Source of the DNA: a bacterium
Lineage (GTDB): Bacteria; Bacillota_I; Bacilli_A; Mycoplasmatales; Mycoplasmoidaceae
Direction of reading: 5' to 3'
NCBI GenBank assembly: GCA_017445805.1
Contig: JAFSSC010000005.1
Coordinates: 43,683 to 107,682 of the forward strand
DNA: 64,000 nucleotides
The notes beneath the pieces are model-generated. The model worked only from the letters and a program-made list of their open reading frames with translations. It was not told where the DNA came from and did no database searches. The translations under genes and the position numbers were made by a program. Positions 52,894-62,800 of this stretch are shown here, one piece after another. Within the stretch, counting starts at the first letter, position 1, and every line of letters begins with the position of its first letter.

Positions 52894-53566
52894 ATGAAAC
52901 TATTTGAATTATTAATTAAAATTAAAACTAACAATGATTTTAAAAAACAATTGGTTAATCAATCTTCTGGTAAAGATTTTGAAAATAAAATAAAGGAATT
53001 GCTTGAAAATTCTAATTCATACTCATCATATTCAAGTTCAAATTTAAACAACATATTAATTTTAAAAAAATAAAGGAAAAAATATCAAATAAAATGAGTA
53101 ATGAGAATTGCATAAAAAATGAGTTGGTGAAAGATTATGTCAATACGAATCAAAATTTATTTATCAACCATTTGGTAGTCAAATGTTTCCGGATTTTTTG
53201 TTAATTCGTAAAGAATATTTAATACCACTTGAGATTAAATATTCAAACAAAAAAGGCGATCGTCCTATTTGAAATTCAAATACTCCCCATTCATTTGGTA
53301 TTTACATATTTGGTTCAAAAAATAATGATGATATAACTTTTTGTTTCGGCAAAGTTTTATTATCGTATGATGAAATAAAAGAAATGCTGTTTTTGGTAAA
53401 TAAACATAAAAAAGAATTAATGGAGCAAAGCAAAAAGATTTCTAATAATAAATTTGAATTGTATTTACGACCAATGTTTAATCAAAAATTTTCAATTTTA
53501 AAAAGCAATAAGCGTAGCATACGTGAAGACAACACTATTAGATTTTTAAAAAACATTGAAAAATAA
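52894..53566 (+). pseudogene. PD-(D/E)xK restriction endonuclease, two frameshifts
   Basis: Three consecutive frames are used. Frame A (52894-53073) stops right after the A7 run 53064-53070. Frame B shifts to C near the A6 run 53114-53119. Frame C contains QPFGSQMFPDFLLIRKEYLIPLEIKYS, with PD ... E-x-K spacing typical of type II nucleases. The gene starts 8 nt after the methylase stop. Confidence 0.7.
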
Positions 53567-53782
53567 TATTATTAGATTTTTTAGTTGTGAGTTTTAACTA
53601 GCTAAAGATTTGTTTGTAAGTGTTATTTTTTGTTATTAAATTTAAATAAATTTTAAAATCATATTTAGACAATTTAGTTAATTTAAAATAAAAAATTTTT
53701 TACAAATATTTACTAATTAAATAACTAAAAACATTCTTTTTTAATGGGTAAAATATTAAATTTAATAATCAAAATATATTCT

Positions 53783-55851
53783 ATGAATGATGTAAATAAT
53801 CTGCAAAAAAAGCATGTTAATATTGGTTTAGATATTGGTACAACTTCGGTTGGTTGAGCTATTATTGATAACGATTACAATGTTATTGATTATGGTGTAC
53901 GGCTATTTGAAGATGTGTGTGAAGAACAAACAGGACATCCTAAAAATGAAAAACGAAGAGAATTACGTCGTGCACGACGAACATTACGACGAAGAATTTT
54001 TCGTAAAAAGCAATTTATTAGTTTAGTGTTAAAAAATAAAATATCTTTCATTTTAATAGCAAGGATGAAATATTAAGTATGTTAGAACATGAAATTGAAT
54101 TACCATGGGATGTTAAGTTAAAGGTTTAAAGTCACAATTACCCACAAATAAATTAATATATATTCTTTACCATTATTTATCACATCGAGGTTTTACTCAT
54201 TTAGATACTACGAAGGAAAACAAAAATGAAAAATCTAAAGAACAAACAATTTTAGGTTATATACCAGATTGATTAAAAGTAAACAACGAGGAAGAAAAAT
54301 TTAAATCACTATTCCCTTCAGAAAAACAATGTTTTGTTTTTAAAAGATTAAAGTATCAAGATAGAGTATTAAATAAATCGTTTTCATTATGAGATTGAAA
54401 AAAGAGGATTGAACAAATCCTATCTAATCAATCGTATTTATCTAACAATTTTATCGATGAATACCTTGAGTTATTTTCAACATATCGTGATTATAGTATT
54501 GGTCCTGGTTCTGAAAAATCACCAACAAAATATGGTTTATATTTTAAGGAATATAATCCCAACACCAAAAATGAGATGTTAAATGTAAAGGTAAAAATTT
54601 ATGAGATTGTTTAGTTGGTAGATGTTCTTTTTTTGACGGTTCAAACAATAATGGAAAGTTCGAACAAAGAATTGAGCGAGATAGTGCTTCAGCAATCATT
54701 TTTAATTTGCTAAACGATTTGCAAAATTTACATAATTTGTTAGATGAAGAAAATTGGCATGTTAATAATGACCAAAAAAAATCAATCTTTAAAATTTTAT
54801 TCGACAACAATAAAAAAACTTGTAATTTAACCATTAAAAATTAGTTGATATTTTAAAAATTCATGAAAAATATATTGATGGTTATCGTATTGATCATAGT
54901 GGTAATCCAAACTTTACGAATGTAAATAATATTAAAATAGCATTAATTTTTTTAGAAATTTCTCCAAGCATTTTTATTGATTCACTTATCCAAAAGATTT
55001 TACATATATTAATGAAATAAATAAATTAGTTCACCTAAAATCAAGTGTTAAAGACATTGCAAAATTGTACGATGAATTTAAGAAATTATTTCCCAATTTA
55101 GAAAATAAATTTAAATCAGGTTTTGAATTATATGAAGATAAAAATTTTAAAAAAATAGAATCTTCCCATAAATATTCAGCATATTCACAAAAAGCTTTAA
55201 ATGAGATATTTATACCAAAACTACTTGATGATGAGAATGGTAATAATTCGAAAAATATTATTATGGAATATAAAAAACAAAAATTTGATAATGTAATTAA
55301 TTCCAAATTAATAAACATTGATGATTTAAAATTAATGAAAATATTTTTTCACCAAGTGTTGGTCGATCCGTTCGTCAAACATTTAAAGTAATAAATGCGA
55401 TTTTAAAATCGAAAAAATATGACAATTTTGTATTTGATCATATATTGATTGAAATGGCTCGTGTTAAAAATACGAAAGAGGAACGCGATCTAATCAAAAT
55501 ACTAATAAATTAAATGAACAACAAAATAAAGAAATACATGAATTTACAAATGGTTTGGCTATATCTAAAACAATCAAATCGAAAATTTTACTTGCTAAAT
55601 CGAATAATTGAATTGATCCTTATAAATTGCAACCAATTGAAAAACCTATTCCGACTTCAATAGAAAATTTAAAAGCATGATCTAGTATGTATGAAATTGA
55701 TCATATTATTCCAAACAAATATTTTCATGATGATTCTTTTTCAAACAAAGTATTAACTTCGTTTGCTAATAATAGAGAAAAAGCTAAAAGGACACCATTT
55801 GAATGGTTAGGTTCACAAGTTCTGGTGTGGTATTATATTGTTGTTGCCTAA
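53783..55851 (+). pseudogene. cas9: cas9 relic: 8 fragments, 7 frameshifts, 3'-truncated after the HNH domain
   Basis: RuvC-I NIGLDIGTTSVGWAII and the Arg-rich bridge helix RRELRRARRTLRRRIFRKK are at 53783-54076. REC-like pieces include ...YHYLSHRGF... and YRDYSIGPGSEKSPTKYG. VGRCSFF, NLLNDLQNL, RuvC-II ILIEMAR and HNH YEIDHIIPNKYFHDDSFSNKVLTSFANNREKAKRTPFEWLG (about 55690-55810) follow. The frames run 2,1,0,2,1,0,2,1 (start coordinate mod 3). No RuvC-III, WED or PI region follows. Confidence 0.85.
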
Positions 55852-55916
55852 ACTAAATTGGCTTTATCTATCGAATATCGTTAATAAAAATAGCAACCTT
55901 AATTGGTTGCTTTTTT
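55819..55916 (+). ncRNA. orphan tracrRNA-like element (anti-repeat plus tail plus terminator), or solo terminal CRISPR repeat with trailer
   Basis: The 35-nt GTTCTGGTGTGGTATTATATTGTTGTTGCCTAAAC has the GTT...AAAC shape of type II repeats and anti-repeats. It is followed by TAAATTGGCTTTATC (compare the tracrRNA nexus TAAAATAAGGCTAGTCC), a small hairpin cga-ata-tcg, and the terminal hairpin AGCAACC-ttaatt-GGTTGCT plus T6. Total length is about 98 nt. Confidence 0.4.
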
Positions 55917-55983
55917 ATTTATACCCATAAAAACATCATTTTTAAGCGTTTAGGGACGAATTAGAAAGATTTGATGGTAAAAA

Positions 55984-56799
55984 CTATATTTTGTATTCAA
56001 TTAGTTTAATTTTGGCAAGATTCTTTTCTTCTTCACTAAGTTGTGTTTTTAATTTTCTTTCTTCATTTTTGAAATAATTAATTTCTTCTCATTTTCTTGT
56101 GAATGAATTTTGAATTCCTGAATGTTCTGATTTATGTATAAGTTTATCAATAAGATTTTCTATTCAATTTAATTCTTCTTTCAATTTTTCAATATATTCT
56201 TTTTTTTCCTTTAAAACAATATCTTTATATTCAACTTCAAACTTTAATAATTGTGAGCGTATTTCATTTTCTATATTTTTTAGATATGCTTTGATGTTTT
56301 CATAAAACATTTGTTTACTTTTACTATAATACTCAACATCATCTACATAATCTTTTAAAATAAAATCTACATCTTTAGTTTCAATTTTTTGTTTTTCAAT
56401 CTCTTTTAATTTTTTTTTAATAAATTGAGAAACATTAACATAATTTGCTTCTTCATCATTTGGAACAATATCATCATATTTAATACCAAAGACTTTACTT
56501 AAATGGGTAGCATAATCATTAAAATAGTGGACACCATCAAAACTATCTAATCTTTCCACGAAACATCATAACGGAAATGCTTTTAATGTTTTTGGTTCAA
56601 AAAGAACTTTACAATATTTAAAAAATTTTGGTAAACCAATAAAGTTTTCTTTTTTAGGAGAAAAGAAAACTATGTCTTCTTCACTATTCAAAGAATATTG
56701 CTTTAAATTAGTATTCCTAACAATACTTGGAACAAAAGCTAATGTTGTTAATGGAGTAATTACTAATGAGCTAATTAATATTTTTTTTGTTATTTTCAT
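55984..56799 (-). CDS. hypothetical secreted or membrane-anchored coiled-coil protein
   Basis: 271 aa re-joined across 3 TGA codons. The N-terminal signal or anchor is MKITKKILISSLVITPLTTLAFVPSIV, with no lipobox Cys. The C-terminal half is rich in heptad-like K/E/L repeats. I do not recognise the family. Confidence 0.55.
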
Positions 56800-56815
56800 G
56801 TTTATGTTTCTTTTT

Positions 56816-57413
56816 TTAAATTATTTTATCTATTTCTTCAATTATATCTCAAGTGTTTTTTTCTTCCAAGGTTTTAACTCTTTCGTCTAAACTTTTATAT
56901 TTGTTTTGTAGCAAATTCACATTTTTTCAAATATTATGTATTTCATTGTATATTTGTGCTGATATATATTCTCCTAAATCTGAAATTGGCATTACATCAA
57001 AGTTTCTATTGTTGTAAGTATGAATTAAATGGGTATCATTGTCAATATACTTACTTACATATCTACGATCACAAATTTCCAACATCATTTTAGTAATTTT
57101 GTTGATAGTATCTAATTCTGCTTCTTCATTAATAGGAACATCTTTAACAGCTCGATAAATTCTCGCTTTTGAAAGATATTCTAAAACATTATTAGGAATA
57201 GGTGTTTTTCTTTTTCTTGTTTTTAGAAAAATTGATACTACCACTTCCATAAGAAGTAATAGCTTCTTCTAAATCATTGCCATTATCAAGAACATATTTA
57301 GTTTGAGCAAGAATGGCTTGTTGAATAAAACCTTTTTTCTGTTTCATTACGATAATAAATACTCTTTGTATTTGTTTCATTTCAACATTTAAAGGGATTA
57401 TCACAAACATCAT
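56816..57413 (-). pseudogene. hypothetical protein, frameshifted; N-terminal part resembles siphophage head-tail connector proteins
   Basis: Frame a (57413-57192) reads ...GFIQQAILAQTKYVLDNGNDLEEAITSYGSGSINFSKNKKKKNTYS*. Frame b (57268-56816) reads ...TPIPNNVLEYLSKARIYRAVKD... and a coiled-coil tail. The junction lies in the A-rich aagaaaaagaaaaacacc. The phage-like assignment comes from my memory of the pattern (A.cAQ.eY...G...S.s.Gs.s.s....I.p.a...L....l.YRgV) and is weak. Confidence 0.4.
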
Positions 57414-57568
57414 AAATTTAAGTAATTACTAAAACAATACAATTACCTATATTTTCTTTTTATTTTGATGTAGTATTATATTGATTGTTACTAACTAAAC
57501 TAGAACAATACGAGTCTAGAATAAATCACTAATTAAGAAAAAAATGTTTGATAGCTTATAAATAAAAT

Positions 57569-58396
57569 ATGCCAGAATTTCCTGAAGTTGCAACACTAAT
57601 TAATTGATTAAATCATCAAAATTTTTTTGATGCAAAAATAAAAAAAATTATTTTTGTTGACGACATTGTTTTAAAAAACTCAACAAAAAAATCTTTTATT
57701 AACTTTGTTTGCGGTGAAACAATAAAAAAAATTAGTCAAATTGGTAAATTTATAATCTTTCATTTATCAAATAATAAAATCATTGAAATTCATCTTCGCC
57801 TTGAAGGTAAAATTTTTTATTTATTAAATAATGAAAAAAGTAAATTTCCTATGATTGAAATTTACTTAGATAATGGTAAAAAAATCGTTTATGATGATTC
57901 ACGCAAATTTGGAACAATTAATATTTATAACAACTACCAAGACTTGTTAAATTCCACTGAAATAAAAAAATTAGGTAAACAACCATTCGATAAGACATTA
58001 ACTGCAAATTATTTATTTAATTGTTTTAAAAATAAAACACAAAAAATTAAAACAACATTACTTGATCAAACAATTATTGCAGGAATTGGCAATATTTATG
58101 CGGATGAAACATTATTTCTATGTAAAATTTCACCTTTTCGTCAAACAAATAAAGTTTCTTTAAAAGAATGTCAACTAATCATTGACAATTGTCGTGAAAT
58201 CATGTCAAAATCAATTAGAAATAAAGGAACAACCGTTTTTTCTTACCAATATGCCTTAAATCATTCCGGTTCATTTCAAAAATATCTTAAAGTCTATGGT
58301 CGAAAAAATTTACCTTGTTTACGATGTGGATCTATTCTTTATTGAACAAAAATAAATGGACGAGGAACAACCTATTGCAAAAAATGCCAAAAATAA
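57569..58396 (+). CDS. mutM: formamidopyrimidine-DNA glycosylase
   Basis: The N-terminal catalytic MPEFPEV, the H2TH region and the C-terminal zinc finger CLRCGSILYWTKINGRGTTYCKKCQ are present. The pieces join across TGA. Confidence 0.92.
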
Positions 58397-59842
58397 TTAT
58401 TTTGATCAATTTAATTGGTTAATTGTTTTTGGTTTATGATTAATGTAATTTTGAATAATTTGTCCAGAATTTACTTTTATTACTCGTGTTGCCAAATCAG
58501 CAAAAATACTATTATGGGTTACAATTACAACAGTTGTTTTATATTTTTTATTTAGATCGACAAACAATTTTAAGATTTGTTTACTCATCTCCTCATCAAC
58601 CGCTCCTGTTGGTTCGTCCCCAAAAATAATGGCTGGATTTTTTGCCATGCTTCGAGCAATTGAAACACGTTGTTGTTGTCCACCCGATAACTCATAAGGG
58701 TAACGATCTTGATATTTATCAATTCCAATTACACTTAATAGTTCATTAATATTTAGTCGTAAAGCACGATTTTTTTGCAACTTTCAACCAATTTCAACAT
58801 TTTCTCTTACAGTTAAATTGGGTAATAAATTATAACTTTGAAAAATATAACCAATATTTAATTTACGGAATTTTGTTAATTGGGAAGAAGTCTTATTAAT
58901 AAGATTTTGACCATTAACATAAGTTTGACCGCTCGTTGCCACATCAATCCCCGTAATAATATTTAACAATGATGTCTTACCTGAACCCGATGGACCTAAA
59001 ATGACAACAAATTCTCCTTTTTTTATTTCAAGATTAATGTTTTTTAAAATTTTTGTTACCATTCATTTGTTGTAGTAGTACTTTGTAACATCTTTTAATT
59101 GGATGGCATTATCACCTCTTAATACAATATCATCATCAATGTTATTATTTTTCGTATTAGTTTTTTTGTGGGAGATTTTATCTAATTTCTTTACTCATTT
59201 TGCATATTTGCTGAAGCGGTGCATATTAAAAATGTTTTCGTAATTAATTTCACACTTTAAAATGTTTTTTTTCGTTTTCCTTATCATTTTTTCTAATGTA
59301 AGACCGGATTTAATTTTAAATTCTTGAAAAATTTTTGTGACATTTTTTTGTTTAATCAAATTTAAAAAATGTAATCTAAATTTTAAAATATTTCAAACCG
59401 CAAAATTCTTAATTAATTTTTTCAATTTTAAACCATGGGGGATTAGAATAATAAAATTTTCATTTTCAATAGCAGCAATAATATTTTTAATTTCATCGAT
59501 GTTATGTGAATGGGAAGACTTGTTATGCAATTTAATAAGAGCGAGAGTAATTTTTGCTATCTTTGCTTTTATCAGTCATTGTTTTTTACACAAATAATTA
59601 ATTTCACCAACACTTTTTTTTAATTTATCATATTTTTCAAGAACAAATTTTTTTAAATTTGTTTGATAAGCATTATTGCATTTCTCCAATTTTTTTGTAA
59701 TATGATTAAGGGTTATTTCCAATAAATTTAATTCTTCAATTTTTTTTTTCATTAAAAACTTTTTTCGTAAGTCAGTAATTAGTGATAAATTTTTTAAATC
59801 AGCAAGTGTTGATAAATGATGGTATTTTTGATTTTTATTCAT
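58397..59842 (-). CDS. ABC transporter ATP-binding protein (MacB/LolD-like) with about 260-aa N-terminal extension
   Basis: Walker A GPSGSGKT, signature LSGGQQQRVSIAR and Walker B IIFGDEPTGAVD lie in the C-terminal 220 aa. The same frame is open, with only TGA codons, for about 260 further codons up to ATG 59842, 7 nt after the permease stop. Confidence 0.8.
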
Positions 59843-59848
59843 AATTTA

Positions 59849-62800
59849 TTAAGATTTAATTTCCTTATTTAATTGTACTTTTTTTAATGAGATATAGCCA
59901 TGTAAAGCACATGTTGTTAAAATTGCAAAAATTAAACCACATCCAATTAAGTAATGGAAAATTGTTGGTAAACTATAAATCAATATTTTTACTGATTTCA
60001 AAATTAGCATTTGGTAAGATGTAGCTAATAGCAATGTGAAAGGAACAGATAAGAGAATCCCAATAATTGATATTGGAACATATAATGACAAAATATTTTT
60101 TGTGTTTTGTAAATCCGAGTAACCTAATGATTTAAGCATAATCGCATATTTTTGATTTTGTTTAATCAATAAACTTGAAATAACCATAACAATAAGGATA
60201 GCAATTGGGAAAAATACGGCAACAATTATGTATTGAATTAAGTTAAAGAGATAGATTAGGCCATCAAAAATCATTTTCATTGTTGTCAAGTCATCAGCAG
60301 TTTTTATTGCTGTTAGTGATGTTGTTTTACCGTAAATACTTGTCAATCGGTCACAAAAATTGTCAATTATCTCATGGTGTCTATCCATATCATTATTTTT
60401 AATTGTTTCAATAATTTTTTCATCATTTAATCCTGTCATAAAATTAGCAAGAGCTAAATTGTGTCCAGTTTTTTCTGCTAAAATTTGTGAAAATTTGTTT
60501 TCATTAGGATTTTCTGAGACAAAAGTAGATGTACCTGGATACAAACCACTAAGACTATATAGCGAAATAAATTTTAAATACGAATCATCAATATTGGTTT
60601 TTGTAAAAATTCCATTAAATCCAATAGGTATATTGCCGATATGTTTATTTCTATATCCTTCTTTTTTGTTATCATCAATTTTTTTGAATTTTCCTTCTTC
60701 GGGAACAAAGTGATAGATATCTAAATACTCTTTATCACTTGCTAGATCGACAATCATTGATTTAGTTTGCCATTGTTCTCGATCATTTCTATCCGTTCAA
60801 AGCATGTATTTATGTGTTTTATTTCAGCTTTTACCATCCGGTAACCCTAAAATTTTATTAGCAAAATATTGTGTTGTAAAAAATAATTCATTAGCTGTGC
60901 TTATTGCGATACCAATTATCTCAAATTGGCAATTATTATTTTCTTTTTTTTGTTGTGGTAAAAAACGATCAACACAATTTTTAGGATTAAATGAAAATTT
61001 ATCCCCAACTTTTAATTTATTTTTGAAGGCAACATATGAGTTAATGACAATCGGATAAACATCATTTTGTTTTTGTTTGTAATCATGTAATTTTTCCAAT
61101 AAATCATTATTATTATGGTCGGTAATCTTTACATGCTTAGATGATCGTTGAAGACCAAGAATTTTTATTTTATTGGTAAAATTATTATCATCGGCCATTC
61201 CTTCAATATATGTATAAGTTTCATCATCATTATTTTTGTTATTTATATTAAGTGGAATCGAACCATAATTAATTACAAACTCTTCATTTGCTAATTCTGG
61301 ATCAGAATAAATTGTTTTTAATAATTCGATAAAATATGGATTTACCGCTAATTTAGTGTTTTTTTTCGGAAGAACAATTGATGTTATCGTAAAGCGTTCA
61401 CTTTCTGTTGATAACTTATATTTACCAATATTTTTAGAATCTTCAACAATAAAATATTTATAAGCATTATTGTCAAGATTGGTTGGTTTTTCACCATCTC
61501 ATTTTTTATGCCATTTACTATCAGAATTTGGATCATAAATTTTTTGTCCAACTTTTTGGATTAAATTATCAAGAGATTTATTTGCCAAATTTTGATAATT
61601 TAGTGGCATCATTGAAGCAGCTTTTCGTCATGGATTATCACTTTGGATTGAAGGAATACCTAAATCATGTTCTAGTGCCAATTTTGAAAGACATTTTCCT
61701 TGCATATAAAATAAATCATCATCCTTTCCACTATTATCACCTTCATTAAATAGTGGAAGCGTTCCGATTGAAGTTGTTGCACCGATAACATTATTATCTT
61801 TATTTTTAATTAGTTTACCCCCAATTAGATCGTTATTTTCTATATTTGCAATCGGCTCATAATATTTTTTCGTTGAATAGTATGATCAAAAGTAGCTAAT
61901 AGATTTTTTATTCTTTATGTTATCTAAAACCGTATCACTGATTTCCTTCTTCTGGTACCGCTCGTTAAGATTATCGGAATAATATGGTTTGGTTAATTCG
62001 GAGTAATACTTTGGATCAACTTGTTGTTGATCTATCACCGTGTTAAAAATATAGTCATTAGAATTAGTTTGGAAAAAACCAATTTGTTCATCGTTGTTGA
62101 AGTTAAAAGTATTAAAGTTACCACCATTTGCTGTTGGTGTAATCAATTCAATAGCATGTTTATAACTAAATTGTGATGCATTAGTTTTGTTTGATGCATC
62201 GATTTTACCAAGTGTTGCTATTGCGAAAACGGAACCACTCATTGCAATTGAAATTGTAATCGACAAAATTAAAAGTCGTCAAAACGAAGCAAATGCTGAA
62301 GCAATTCTAAATCGTGTCATAATTCCAAAATGGGCAAAAGGTATTTTTGCAATCCGACTAAATAAATTACCTTTAAAATCCGATTGTTTATTTAGTAAGA
62401 AAGTTAATTTTGAGTTTAACATTTTTAATGTTGAAAAGAAAGAAGTAAGAGAAAAGATTATAAAAGGAAATAAGATGCACAAAAGCATTGTTATGTAGTT
62501 AAAAGAAATTAATTTCGTTGGTAAAAACCAATAGTTTTTAAATAATTTCAAACCAACTACTTGCATAAATAGACCAAATAAATAAGCGCCAATCCCACCA
62601 ATGATCGTTGGAATTCAAACAAAAGGTAGAAGTGAAAAAATTATTTTATTTTTCTTTACTCCATTTGCTAATAAAATTCCAGTATTAACCTTATTAGCAT
62701 CAACATAATACTTGATGATGATAATGCAAATGATTATTGCTAATAGAAAAATAAAACCGCAGATGATATACGAAATAATTTTAAATAATTTAATAATGTT

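Noticed and set aside
53590-53650. gttgtgagttttaactagctaaag upstream of cas9 superficially resembles the GTTTTAGAGCTA start of S. pyogenes-type repeats.
   Set aside because: It is a single copy, not complementary to the 55819 element, and has no convincing downstream hairpins or terminator. It is probably chance similarity in AT-rich spacer DNA.
53567-56000. Search for a CRISPR array or cas1/cas2/csn2 flanking the cas9 relic.
   Set aside because: No 28-37-nt unit recurs at regular spacing on either side. The 35-mer at 55819 appears to occur only once (visual scan), and no Cas1- or Cas2-like translation appears in any frame. I therefore call no CRISPR feature.
57414-57568. Short inverted repeat (ctaga...tctag) and A/T-rich spacer upstream of mutM as a possible island att site.
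   Set aside because: The stem is only 5 bp, and I found no matching copy at the other island border (51896-51991) or at the tRNA-Ser or tmRNA 3' ends.
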